Shown piece by piece: positions 9,882-19,453 of a stretch of DNA of 32,000 nucleotides (positions within the stretch are counted from its first letter, which is position 1; the number at the start of each line of letters is the position of its first letter). Under the pieces are notes generated by a model that was given only the letters and a program-made list of their open reading frames with translations, was not told where the DNA came from and made no database searches. The DNA is from Prochlorococcus marinus subsp. pastoris str. CCMP1986 (GTDB lineage: Bacteria; Cyanobacteriota; Cyanobacteriia; PCC-6307; Cyanobiaceae). The stretch covers positions 1,170,001-1,202,000 of the forward strand of contig NC_005072.1 of NCBI RefSeq assembly GCF_000011465.1, in the 5' to 3' direction. Made by a program: the position numbers and the translations under genes.

Positions 9882-11048
9882 ATGGTAATTCCAAAGTTTG
9901 GTTTTCTTGAGAGACCTGATATTGATTTATTGAAGTCTTTTAAAATAAAAAAATATTTATCTGGATGGAAATATTATTTAGGTCGATATAAATATCCAAA
10001 TTTTACAGGTAATTTGATAAATTATGTTATTGGACCAATATTAAAAAATAAATTTGTTTTTTTAAGGTGTGATTGTGATCATTTTGGACCGTGGACATAC
10101 TTATTTCTGTTTACAAAATCTCAACTATTTAAAAAAGATAAAATTTATTTTTGTTTAGCTAGAAAAAATACTATTAATAGGCATTGGATTAATTTATACA
10201 GAAAAAAAAATCTTATTTTAATTTTTAATCCTATATTACATTTTATTTTATCACCCTTATTTTTTGCTCCTATTATTGCATTAGATGTTAACGCTCATAA
10301 CTATATTTCATTTTTTAGAAATAATATCAAATATAAGCATTTCAGAAGAATGAATGAATTGAGTGACGATTTTTTAGCATCAATAAACAATGATAAGTCA
10401 TTACCTAAAAGAAATGAATCAATATTTAATAATAAAATTGTATTACTCTATGCGAGAACAGGAAATTGGAGATTTTCAATAAAAAATTCAACTAGAAATA
10501 TGTCCCTAGAGGCATCGAACGAATTAATTAGAATTATTAGCAAAAGTTATAACGTTTTTTTAGTAGGTGATACACAATTCTCAAATAAATCTAAAAATAA
10601 AAATATTTTTGATGAATCATATCTTTTAAAAAATAATATATCAATATCAGAAATATATAAAAGGGCTTCATTTGTTATTGGGAGTTGTTCAGGGGGTACT
10701 CATTTCCCTTCACTTATTTTTAATATTCCCACTTTATATATAGCTGATATACCTTTATGGCACTTGAAAGCTATTTACAACCTCCCAGCATCTAATTATA
10801 AAAATTTATCAATTCCTAAGAAAGATAAGTGGTTACTTATCTCGAAAGAAAAATTTAATTCACTAACTTCTAATCAATATGAAGATATTTTACAAATATT
10901 TTTCAAGGGGGGGGATATTTCATCTATTAAAGAATTCAATACTTACAGATGTGATAGATCCTTTAATAAAGAGGAACCAGCATTTACTAAGGATAAGAAA
11001 GGAAATATACATATTTCAGAATTCAGTTATAACACTTTGGGTATTTAA
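9882..11048 (+). CDS. Putative glycosyltransferase, TIGR04372-like
   Basis: 'VLLYARTGNWRF...RNMSLEASNELIRIISKSYNVFLVGD' and 'FVIGSCSGGTHFPSLIFNIPTLYIADIP' resemble the TIGR04372 glycosyltransferase family of surface-polysaccharide loci. Family assignment is from memory of motifs. Confidence 0.55.
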   Translation: MVIPKFGFLERPDIDLLKSFKIKKYLSGWKYYLGRYKYPNFTGNLINYVIGPILKNKFVFLRCDCDHFGPWTYLFLFTKSQLFKKDKIYFCLARKNTINRHWINLYRKKNLILIFNPILHFILSPLFFAPIIALDVNAHNYISFFRNNIKYKHFRRMNELSDDFLASINNDKSLPKRNESIFNNKIVLLYARTGNWRFSIKNSTRNMSLEASNELIRIISKSYNVFLVGDTQFSNKSKNKNIFDESYLLKNNISISEIYKRASFVIGSCSGGTHFPSLIFNIPTLYIADIPLWHLKAIYNLPASNYKNLSIPKKDKWLLISKEKFNSLTSNQYEDILQIFFKGGDISSIKEFNTYRCDRSFNKEEPAFTKDKKGNIHISEFSYNTLGI

Positions 11049-11147
11049 GAAAATATTTACAAATAGAATTATTTTTTTTTATTGATAAAAATTGATGATT
11101 ATTGTGCTATAATTCATGAGTTTTAAATGCTTATTTGATAAGCTAAT

Positions 11148-12122
11148 ATGCCAATACAAAGTATCAAAAATGATAAGATTCTTGAGAAAATAAATTCTTT
11201 AAAAATTTTAAATAATTTTGAGAATCAAAATTTAGATCATTTTAATCAATTCAAAATAGCATTACATATTAGGGCGATAGAAGAGGCAATTGTATCACTT
11301 GCAAAAGACAATAAACTTAGAGGTCCAATTCATTCTTATGTTGGAGAAGAAGCAATCGCTACAGGTGTTCTCTCTCACGCAAAGCCAATTGATGCAGTTA
11401 CTAGTACACATAGAGGACATGGGCATTACATTGCTAAAGGAGGAAATATTTCTATGCTAATAGATGAATTACATGGGAAGGAGTCTGGTTGTAATGGAGG
11501 TAAAGGTGGTTCTATGCATGTCGCAGATTTATCGATAAATCATTTTGGAGCGAATGGAATCGTGGGTGGAGGAGTACCAATAGCCTGCGGGATCGCACTT
11601 GCAAATAAATTAGATAAAAAGGATTCTATAGTCTTCTGTTTTTTCGGAGATGGGGCTTCTAATCAAGGCGTAGTATTAGAAAGTTTTAACTTAGCCGGAT
11701 TTTTATCTCTTCCTATAGTTTTTATATGTGAAAATAATCAATTTGCACAATCTACAAAACTCTCTGATATTTCTTTAACCTCGGTTGCAAAAAAATCACA
11801 AGGATTTGGCATTAAAAGTATAGAGGTGGATGGCCTAAATATTTCGGAAGTATATAGTAAAACCTCTGATGCCGTTAATTACACAAGAAATGAAATAAAG
11901 CCATATCTAATTCAAGCAAATACTTATAGATTTCATAGACATTTTGTTTCAGAGAAACCTAAACCTATAGATTACTTGGATGAAAATTTTCATAAAGAAT
12001 TCTTATCAAAGGATCCAATAATAAATTATTGTTACCGAAATAAAATTGATTTCATCGTATTAGAAGATTACTTAACTAATATAAAAGATATTATTTTTAA
12101 TTATTCAAAAAATATAAGTTAA
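11148..12122 (+). CDS. ThDP-dependent dehydrogenase/acyl transferase E1 alpha subunit-like (pyruvate/acetoin dehydrogenase type)
   Basis: ThDP motif 'FFGDGASNQGVVLESFNLAGFLSLPIVFICENN' (GDG-x(n)-NN) and 'THRGHGHYIAKGG...GCNGGKGGSMHVAD' are typical of E1 alpha. Confidence 0.93.
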   Translation: MPIQSIKNDKILEKINSLKILNNFENQNLDHFNQFKIALHIRAIEEAIVSLAKDNKLRGPIHSYVGEEAIATGVLSHAKPIDAVTSTHRGHGHYIAKGGNISMLIDELHGKESGCNGGKGGSMHVADLSINHFGANGIVGGGVPIACGIALANKLDKKDSIVFCFFGDGASNQGVVLESFNLAGFLSLPIVFICENNQFAQSTKLSDISLTSVAKKSQGFGIKSIEVDGLNISEVYSKTSDAVNYTRNEIKPYLIQANTYRFHRHFVSEKPKPIDYLDENFHKEFLSKDPIINYCYRNKIDFIVLEDYLTNIKDIIFNYSKNIS

Positions 12123-12124
12123 TT

Positions 12125-13054
12125 ATGAAGCTAATAGAAAAATTTAGGGAAGAATTATTTAAAGAATTTGAATCTAATAAAGATGCAATTTACCTTGGTG
12201 AAGATGTAAGAAATGCCCATAGAGGAATTGCAATAGGTCTTCATGAAAAATATGGAGATAAACAAATCATTGATATGCCTATCTCAGAATCAGCATTTAC
12301 TGGCCTTGCTCTAGGTTTAGCAATTTCAAAGAAGAAAGTTTTTGTTGAATATAATTTTGCTGGACTAGTTTATTTAGGTTTAGATCAAATTTTTAACCAA
12401 GCTCATAAATATAATGAGATGTTAAATACCAATTTGAATTTAGATTTAATCTATATTTTACCGACAGGTACCAGGGGAGGATTGGCAGGCCACCATTCAG
12501 ATAATCCTTATGCTATTTTGAGTCATCTGGGTATTCAGAGCTTTATGCCAACAAATGCAATAGATTGTGAAATGATTTTTAATTATTTGAATGAGAATAG
12601 AAAGCCTACTGCTATTTTTTTACCTGTAGCCTCATTCTTCAATGAAATAGATCAAGATCAAATTGGAAATAATTTTAATTTCGGATTTTATAGAATACAT
12701 AAAGGAAAAAAATTAAACATTATTTGTACTGGAACAACTTATGGAATTATAAGAGAACTTCTTGTAGATTTAAATAATTTAGATCCCAATATCTTTATTT
12801 TAACCGACCTTTCATTTTCAGAAAAAACTATAAATGAAATACATAAGATTGATGATTTCCCAACTATTTTTATAGATGACTCTTTTGAGATTTGCGGCAT
12901 AGCATCTGAAATAAATAAATATATTCCCAAGAAAAATTTAGTAAAACCTCTTTGCAGAATTTCAAAAAATGTTCCTTTCGCAGAACATCTAGAAGCTGAT
13001 GTTATTGTAAGTAAAAAAAGAGTAAAAGAAGTTTTAACGAATTTATCGAAATGA
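12125..13054 (+). CDS. ThDP-dependent enzyme E1 beta subunit-like (pyruvate/acetoin dehydrogenase type)
   Basis: 'FGEDVRNAHRGIAIGLHEKYGDKQIIDMPISESAFTGLALGLA' style N-terminus, 'PTGTRGGLAGHHSDNP', and position 2 bp after E1 alpha. Confidence 0.92.
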   Translation: MKLIEKFREELFKEFESNKDAIYLGEDVRNAHRGIAIGLHEKYGDKQIIDMPISESAFTGLALGLAISKKKVFVEYNFAGLVYLGLDQIFNQAHKYNEMLNTNLNLDLIYILPTGTRGGLAGHHSDNPYAILSHLGIQSFMPTNAIDCEMIFNYLNENRKPTAIFLPVASFFNEIDQDQIGNNFNFGFYRIHKGKKLNIICTGTTYGIIRELLVDLNNLDPNIFILTDLSFSEKTINEIHKIDDFPTIFIDDSFEICGIASEINKYIPKKNLVKPLCRISKNVPFAEHLEADVIVSKKRVKEVLTNLSK

Positions 13055-13959
13055 ATAACTTTGAATTATTATCTTTGGGCATATATAAGAAATCAGGGGA
13101 GATTTCAGTTGAGAAGAATTTTATAAAGCAACTTTATAAAGATGCTGATGCCCACCCTAGAAATAGATCAAGAATATTAATTCACAAAGATTCTGAATCC
13201 ATTCCTCAAGAAATGCTCATTGCATTTACAAGTAAATCAATTGTAGAGGTATCTACTCATACATTTCCAGAATCATTCACTGTTTTAGATGGAGTTGCAA
13301 AATATATTTTTTACGAGGAGAGTGGAGAATTAATAGGAGATATTTTACTTTCACCCTATGAAAATGAAGGGACATTCTACTGCTTTATTCCAAAATCTAC
13401 CTTTCATAGATTTATTCCCTACACAGAAAATAGCTTAGCTCACGAAGTTGGCTTTTCTAATTTTGATAAAGAATTTACAACTTTATATCTTGATAAACAA
13501 TTCAAGGATATTTCTAGAAAAACTAATAAAGAATATTCAATTGTACCCAGAAAAATAATTAATAATAAACTAAATTTCAAGGAAAAAGAATTTAATGAAT
13601 ATACACAAATTGAAATTAGTGGAGGAATTATTTCCATTTCTCATGAAAACGTACAAGAATTTATGTCAATTAAAAAACCTGTTTTATTAAAAATTAAAGA
13701 TCAAATTCCTGCATTTATAAATGAAAATATTTTAATAATTCAGACTAATAAGGAATTTATAATAGATACAGAAATAAATCTTCAGACCATATCATTAATC
13801 ACTGGCTCTATAACCCTAATTTTGAGTAATAATCAATCTATTAATCTTAAAAAGGGAAATTCTATTTTTTATACCTGTGCAAATGAAATCAAAATATGTA
13901 AAATCATTAATTCCAATAATCAACTAGCAATAGTAAAATTTACTTCACATACAAAATGA
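13051..13959 (+). CDS. WbuC-like cupin protein with an extra C-terminal domain
   Basis: N-terminal 'DADAHPRNRSRILIHKDSESIPQEMLIAFTSKSIVEVSTHTFPESFTVLDGVAKYIFYEESGE...FIPKSTFHRFIPYTENSLAHEVG' matches the WbuC cupin pattern. The last ~140 aa are not explained by WbuC. ATGA overlap with the upstream gene. Confidence 0.72.
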   Translation: MNNFELLSLGIYKKSGEISVEKNFIKQLYKDADAHPRNRSRILIHKDSESIPQEMLIAFTSKSIVEVSTHTFPESFTVLDGVAKYIFYEESGELIGDILLSPYENEGTFYCFIPKSTFHRFIPYTENSLAHEVGFSNFDKEFTTLYLDKQFKDISRKTNKEYSIVPRKIINNKLNFKEKEFNEYTQIEISGGIISISHENVQEFMSIKKPVLLKIKDQIPAFINENILIIQTNKEFIIDTEINLQTISLITGSITLILSNNQSINLKKGNSIFYTCANEIKICKIINSNNQLAIVKFTSHTK

Positions 13960-15212
13960 CCAAAAATATTTATAGTTATAAAAGGAATAATTGTAGGCTC
14001 TGCTCAAGCAATGAATTATTAAAAGTTTTAGATGTTCCAGCTTCTCAACCAGTTGATGGATTTAGACCACACTCTCATGAATATCTAAATCTCCCAAGAT
14101 TTGAAATGGATCTTTATATATGTAGGAGATGTGGGCATCATCAATTATTAGATATTGTAAAGCCTCATTTATTATATGGTTCTTACATTTATACCAGTTC
14201 TAGTAGCCCCGATCTAAAATTACATTTTAAAAAGTATGGAGAATATTTAAAAGATAAATTAAAAATTGATAATTCTAAGAATATTTTAGATGTTGGCTGC
14301 AATGATGGTTTATTCTTAAAAACACTTTCCAAATATTCTTGCAATTTATATGGTATAGATCCCGCTCCAAACATTAAAGATAACTTTAAAGATGCATCCT
14401 ATAAGTTTTTTTCAGGTTATTGCAATTATGAAAATCTTAATAATTTATCGGATAAATTTAAAGTAAAAAGTTTTGATTTAATTACCGCTAACAATGTATT
14501 TGCACATGCTGATAACTTAGAGGAAATGCTTTCAAGCATAGTAAATAAACTATCTGATAATGGTAAATTCTGTTTTGAAGTATCATATATACTAGATATG
14601 GTTGAATCTAACGTAATTGACTATATATATCATGAGCATTTAAGTTACCATGGCATTAAATCTCTTAAGCCTTTTTTAAAAAGATTTGGGTTATTTATTT
14701 ATGACATACAAAGAATAAATACAAAGGGAGGAAGTATAAGAGTTTTATGCACTAAAAAAGAAATTGAAGAAAATACTCAACTAATTACTGATTTTATAAA
14801 TTTAGAGGTTAATAATAAATGTTATGACTCTTCAAAGTATGAATCAATACGCTTACAGATTTCTCAGTTTAGGAATAAATTAAATGACTATTTATTAAAA
14901 GTTGATCATAATCATATATTTTCCTATGGAGCTGCTCCTACATCAATAGTTAATTCCTTGTTATTAAATTATGATAAAAAGTTAAATGGTTATTTAGACG
15001 ATAATCCAATTAGGCAAAATAATTTAACCCCAAATAACTTTATTCCAGTATTATCTCCTTCTATATTATCTAAGATTGATAAACCTTTAGTAATAATAGG
15101 AGCTTGGAGGTTCTCAGAAATAATTATACCTAAGATATTAAATATCAATAATAGAACTGATATAATTATCCCATCTCTTTCCGAGGGAGTGAAGTTTTAT
15201 AAAAATAAATAA
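13956..15212 (+). CDS. SAM-dependent sugar C-methyltransferase (Methyltransf_13/11/14 architecture)
   Basis: 'CRLCSSNELLKVLDVPASQPVDGF...YICRRCGHHQLLDIV' zinc-binding CxxC...CxxC module, 'ILDVGCNDGLFLKTLSK' SAM motif, 'FDLITANNVFAHADNLEEML', and a C-terminal domain with 'YGAAPTSIVNSLLLNYD...YLDDNPIRQNN'. Confidence 0.88.
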   Translation: MTKNIYSYKRNNCRLCSSNELLKVLDVPASQPVDGFRPHSHEYLNLPRFEMDLYICRRCGHHQLLDIVKPHLLYGSYIYTSSSSPDLKLHFKKYGEYLKDKLKIDNSKNILDVGCNDGLFLKTLSKYSCNLYGIDPAPNIKDNFKDASYKFFSGYCNYENLNNLSDKFKVKSFDLITANNVFAHADNLEEMLSSIVNKLSDNGKFCFEVSYILDMVESNVIDYIYHEHLSYHGIKSLKPFLKRFGLFIYDIQRINTKGGSIRVLCTKKEIEENTQLITDFINLEVNNKCYDSSKYESIRLQISQFRNKLNDYLLKVDHNHIFSYGAAPTSIVNSLLLNYDKKLNGYLDDNPIRQNNLTPNNFIPVLSPSILSKIDKPLVIIGAWRFSEIIIPKILNINNRTDIIIPSLSEGVKFYKNK

Positions 15213-16052
15213 ATGGTCAAAAGAAAAGTTATATTATTTGGCGCATCTGGACATTTAGGAAATTACTTAAATAAAACACTAATTAATAATAATTTTTCTG
15301 TTAAGACACCTTCAAGAATAGAAGTTAATGAAATACTAAATAATAAATATAAAAAAGAATTTTTTGAAGATTCATTTGTAATCAATACTGTTGCAATTGT
15401 TGGCAAAGAAAATTCTAATTCTTGCTTAATTGATGATTTAAAATTGATAAATGAGGAATTTCCAAAGAAACTCAGTGAAGGAGTAAATTTATATAATAGT
15501 AAACTTATACATATAAGTAGCAATAGTGTTTTTGATAATTCTAAGAAACACTTTAGGCGCGATAAAGATACTCCATCTTCAAAAACAAATTACGGTATCT
15601 CAAAAATAAATGCCGAAATAAATATTAAAGAGACCCTTAATAATAAAAAATATATTATATTAAGAACCCCCCAACATTACTCTAATGATATTGATAATCC
15701 AAGAAATTTATTATGTGGAATATATAAGCAACTAAAAAAATATAAACACATCAAAATTACAAGAAATGAAACTTTTTCAATAGCATCTTGTCAAAGAATT
15801 AGTCTTCTTATAGTTCAATTAATTGAAAAAGATTTTTATGGTTTATATCATGTAAGCGAATTAAAAAATTTCAATTGGTTTGAAATAGCAAGAATTTTAT
15901 CTAAAAAAATGGGATTAAATTGGAGAGAATCAATATCAAATGTATATAATGATAAATTACAAATAAACAACACTTTATACCCCTCCAGTGATACTATTCT
16001 TGAAAGCGATATTATCAAAAAAGATTTTTTACAATTTAATTTATTAAAGTAA
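15213..16052 (+). CDS. NAD(P)-dependent sugar-nucleotide reductase (RmlD-like extended SDR)
   Basis: 'VILFGASGHLGNYLNKTLI' Rossmann motif, 'HISSNSVFDNSKKHFRRDKDTPSSKTNYGISKINAE' (YxxxK) and 'FYGLYHVSELKNFNWFEIARIL'. Confidence 0.85.
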   Translation: MVKRKVILFGASGHLGNYLNKTLINNNFSVKTPSRIEVNEILNNKYKKEFFEDSFVINTVAIVGKENSNSCLIDDLKLINEEFPKKLSEGVNLYNSKLIHISSNSVFDNSKKHFRRDKDTPSSKTNYGISKINAEINIKETLNNKKYIILRTPQHYSNDIDNPRNLLCGIYKQLKKYKHIKITRNETFSIASCQRISLLIVQLIEKDFYGLYHVSELKNFNWFEIARILSKKMGLNWRESISNVYNDKLQINNTLYPSSDTILESDIIKKDFLQFNLLK

Positions 16053-16068
16053 CCAACTTAAGGGATTC

Positions 16069-17100
16069 ATGAAAGCAGCCATTTTAGTAAATCAAAAAAA
16101 AAAATTAATTGTTGATGAATTAGATTTACCCACTTCTCTGAAAGTTGGCCAGGTATTAGTAAAATTAGAATATAGTGGTATTTGCGGAACTCAAATTGGA
16201 GAAATAGATGGTGTTAAAGGAGAAGATAAATTTTTACCTCACCTTCTGGGCCATGAAGGTTCTGGAATTGTTGAAAAAGTTGGTCCAGGAGTAAAAACTG
16301 TAAGAGAAGGTGACTCAGTTGTTCTTCATTGGAGACAAGGGAATGGGATTCAGTCTGAACCTCCAAAATATAATTGGAATGGAAAAACAGTCAACGCTGG
16401 ATGGGTAACAACGTTTAATACTAAAGCAATAATTAGCGAGAATAGGTGTACTAAGATTCCAGCTAACATATCTAAAGAGGATGCTGCCTTGTTTGGCTGT
16501 GCTGTAACTACTGGTTTTGGTGTGATCGAAAATAATGCAAAACTAAAGATGGGAGAATCAATTGTTGTTTTTGGAGCAGGTGGAATTGGACTGAATATAA
16601 TTCAAGCTGCAAGGCTTACCTCAGCATGGCCAATTATTGCAGTTGATTTATTTGATAATAGGTTAGATCTTGCTAAGAAATTAGGTGCGACTCATTCGGT
16701 TAATTCATCTAACAAAAGTTATCTTGATGAAATAGAAAATATACTTAAGGATAGAGAACTTGATGTTTTTATTGATAATACTGGGAATACTTCAATAATT
16801 GAGATGGGCTATAATTTAATCAGTGATCAAGGTAGATTAATTTTGGTTGGAGTTCCGAAAACTGGAGAAAATATTAATATATTTTCTCTTCCACTGCATT
16901 TTGGAAAAAAAATAACTGGCTCATTTGGAGGAGAATGTAACCCAGCGAAGGATATCCCTAGATTTATTAAAATGATGCAAAATGGTCTATGGGATTTAAA
17001 AGGTTTAATTACTGAAAGTTATGATTTAGAAAATATTAATGAAGCAATATTTTCTATGAGGACAGGAAAAACATCTGGAAGAGTGATTATTAAACTATGA
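16069..17100 (+). CDS. Zinc-binding medium-chain alcohol dehydrogenase
   Basis: 'YSGICGTQIGEIDGVKG...LLGHEGSGIVEKVGPGVKTVREGDSVVLHW', 'VVFGAGGIGLNIIQAARLTSAWPIIAVD' and 'DVFIDNTGNTSIIEMGYNLISDQGRLILVGVP'. Confidence 0.93.
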   Translation: MKAAILVNQKKKLIVDELDLPTSLKVGQVLVKLEYSGICGTQIGEIDGVKGEDKFLPHLLGHEGSGIVEKVGPGVKTVREGDSVVLHWRQGNGIQSEPPKYNWNGKTVNAGWVTTFNTKAIISENRCTKIPANISKEDAALFGCAVTTGFGVIENNAKLKMGESIVVFGAGGIGLNIIQAARLTSAWPIIAVDLFDNRLDLAKKLGATHSVNSSNKSYLDEIENILKDRELDVFIDNTGNTSIIEMGYNLISDQGRLILVGVPKTGENINIFSLPLHFGKKITGSFGGECNPAKDIPRFIKMMQNGLWDLKGLITESYDLENINEAIFSMRTGKTSGRVIIKL

Positions 17101-17927
17101 GTATAGAAACTAAAAAATACAATAATTTAATATCCATTTCAACAGAACTAAGAAAAAGGATAATAAAGACTTCATATGAAGCAAAAATTCCCCATATTGG
17201 TTCTTGCCTTTCATGCATCGAACTCTTAGTTTTCCTTTACTGGAAAGAATTAAATATTGATCCAAGTAATTCTGAAGCTATTAATAGAGATAGATTTATT
17301 CTTAGTAAAGGCCATGGAGCTCCTGCATTATTTCAGGTTCTTGGCTTAAAGGGTTTTTTCCCAATTGAAAGGTTAAATTCATTTGGAAAGCCTGGGAGTG
17401 TTTTCCATGAACATCCACCTAAACCTGGTTATATCCCAGGTATAGAGGCTGCGACTGGTTCTCTAGGTCATGGCTTCCCAATGGCCGTTGGCATGTCATT
17501 AGCTAAAAGAATCAACAATCTACAATACAGAACTTATTCAATTTTGAGTGATGGAGAATGTAATGAGGGTAGTATATGGGAAGCTGCTATGTTCGCAGGT
17601 GCTCAAAAACTAGATGATTTGACAATATTTATTGACTTTAATAAATGGCAAGCGACTGGTAGAAGCAAGGAAGTTTTAGCATTAGATCCTTTAAAGGAAA
17701 AATGGCAGTCATTTGGATGGGATGTTTATGAAATAGACGGTCATAAATTCAATCAGATAGATAAATCTATTGAGCTAGCTAAGACCAATAAAAACAAACC
17801 AAGTGCTATTATTGCTCATACTATTAAAGGCAAAGGGGTATCTTTTATGGAAGACAATAATAATTGGCACTACAAAACACCAAATGAAGAGGAATTCAAA
17901 AAAGCATTTGAGGAATTAAAAAATTAA
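17097..17927 (+). CDS. Split transketolase, N-terminal (ThDP-binding) subunit
   Basis: 'HIGSCLSCIELLVFLYW', 'DRFILSKGHGAPALFQVLGLKGFF', 'GSLGHGFPMAVGMSLAKR', 'LSDGECNEGSIWEAAMFAGAQKLDDLTIFIDFNKWQATG' and 'IAHTIKGKGVSFMED'. Confidence 0.95.
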   Translation: MSIETKKYNNLISISTELRKRIIKTSYEAKIPHIGSCLSCIELLVFLYWKELNIDPSNSEAINRDRFILSKGHGAPALFQVLGLKGFFPIERLNSFGKPGSVFHEHPPKPGYIPGIEAATGSLGHGFPMAVGMSLAKRINNLQYRTYSILSDGECNEGSIWEAAMFAGAQKLDDLTIFIDFNKWQATGRSKEVLALDPLKEKWQSFGWDVYEIDGHKFNQIDKSIELAKTNKNKPSAIIAHTIKGKGVSFMEDNNNWHYKTPNEEEFKKAFEELKN

Positions 17928-17930
17928 ATC

Positions 17931-18848
17931 ATGAGAGACGCATTTGCAAATGAAATAAAAAGATTAAGCGAAGCAAATAAAAATGTTGTACTACTTTCTG
18001 GGGATATTGGTAATCGAATGTTTGATAAATATAAAAGTGTATCTCCTGAGAGATTCTTTAATTGCGGGATTGCTGAAGCTAATATGATGAGCCTCGCTTC
18101 TGGAATGGCACTTTGCGGATTAAAGCCTGTAATTTATACAATCACGCCATTCACTACCACTAGATGTTTAGAACAAATTAGAATTGGTGTCGCGTATCAT
18201 AATGCACCGGTAGTAATAGTAGGCACAGGCTCAGGACTATCGTATTCTGAGTTGGGTCCAACTCACCATTCATTAGAGGATATAGCTATTCTCAGAGCAG
18301 TTCCAAATATAAATATTTTAACTCCATCGGATAAGCAGGAATTAACTACACAACTTCAAGAAGCCATTTCAATGAATACTCCTTCCTATATGAGAATAGG
18401 AAAAAAAGGAGAACCAGATTTATTCAACGAATCCCATAATCTAGGAATAGGTAAAGCAAATATATTAAAAGAAGGAGAAGAAATTTTAATTATTGGCATT
18501 GGACCTATTCTTATAGAAGCTATTGAGGCAGCAAAATCCTTGAAAAATGATGGTTTAAATATTGGTGTAGCATCCATGGGAAGTATAAGACCATTAGACG
18601 ATGATTTTTTAAGAAAAATGATTTCAAAGAAATATAAATATTGGATTACTTTAGAAGAACATGGAATAGTTGGTGGTTTAGGAAGTACATTAATTGAATG
18701 GTGTTCCGATAAACAATTGTATGATATTAAAATTAAAAGATTAGGGGTAAAAAATGAATTTATCCATAAACTGGGTAATCAATCTTACACAAGAAATATT
18801 TTAGGAATAGATAAAAAAGGAATTATTAATACAATAAAAGAACTATGA
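17931..18848 (+). CDS. Split transketolase, C-terminal (pyrimidine-binding) subunit
   Basis: 'DIGNRMFDKYKSVSPERFFNCGIAEANMMSLASGMALCGLKPVIYT', 'GPTHHSLEDIAILRAVPNINILTPSD' and 'ITLEEHGIVGGLGS'. Confidence 0.95.
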   Translation: MRDAFANEIKRLSEANKNVVLLSGDIGNRMFDKYKSVSPERFFNCGIAEANMMSLASGMALCGLKPVIYTITPFTTTRCLEQIRIGVAYHNAPVVIVGTGSGLSYSELGPTHHSLEDIAILRAVPNINILTPSDKQELTTQLQEAISMNTPSYMRIGKKGEPDLFNESHNLGIGKANILKEGEEILIIGIGPILIEAIEAAKSLKNDGLNIGVASMGSIRPLDDDFLRKMISKKYKYWITLEEHGIVGGLGSTLIEWCSDKQLYDIKIKRLGVKNEFIHKLGNQSYTRNILGIDKKGIINTIKEL

Positions 18849-19453
18849 AAAAATTAGGCTTAGATTTTGATAATACATTAATTGATTATGACGAAGTATT
18901 TTATAAGCTTGCTTTAGAAAAAAACTTAATACCTCAATCTATTAATAAAGATAAAAAATCTGTAAGAAAGTTTTTCATTGATAATAATATCGAAGATGAA
19001 TTCATCAAACTTCAAGGTGAAGTATATGGATTAAAAGTACTTGAGGCCAAGCAATCATTTGGAATGTTTGAAGCATTAAAATCACTAAAAAATGATAATT
19101 TTGAATTGATAATAGTAAGTCATAAAACTAAATATCCTTATTCTGGCAAAAAATATGATCTTCACAAAGCAGCAAGTAATTGGTTAGAAGTGAATAAATT
19201 CTATGATGAAGATGGCTTAGCTATGAAAAGAGAAAATGTATATTTTGAAGTAACAAAAGAAGATAAAATTTCTCGTATTGAAGAGTTAGATATTTCTTTC
19301 TATATTGATGATTTGCAATCCATCTTAGAAATGATAAGACCATCGATTAAAAGAATACTTTATAACCCTAAATTCAAAGAAAAAATTGATAAAGATTTTT
19401 ACTTATTAGAGAATTGGAAAGATTTAAAATACTTAATTGAAGAAATCAGTTAA
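18845..19453 (+). CDS. HAD-superfamily hydrolase
   Basis: Motif I 'LGLDFDNTLIDYD', motif II 'IIVSHKT' and motif IV 'SFYIDDLQSILE'. ATGA overlap with transketolase C subunit. Confidence 0.8.
   Translation: MKKLGLDFDNTLIDYDEVFYKLALEKNLIPQSINKDKKSVRKFFIDNNIEDEFIKLQGEVYGLKVLEAKQSFGMFEALKSLKNDNFELIIVSHKTKYPYSGKKYDLHKAASNWLEVNKFYDEDGLAMKRENVYFEVTKEDKISRIEELDISFYIDDLQSILEMIRPSIKRILYNPKFKEKIDKDFYLLENWKDLKYLIEEIS

Noticed and set aside
10879-11085. 68-aa plus ORF overlapping the end of the TIGR04372-like gene
   Set aside because: Alternative-frame overlap; no motif and extends only slightly beyond the real gene.
11148-13054. Housekeeping pyruvate dehydrogenase operon
   Set aside because: No E2/E3 nearby and tight coupling to cupin, C-methyltransferase and sugar reductase genes argue against a standard PDH complex.
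12739-15523. Minus-strand ORFs 12739-12930, 13440-13637, 14189-14374 and 15263-15523
   Set aside because: All lie opposite well-supported genes of the sugar module; judged random antisense ORFs.
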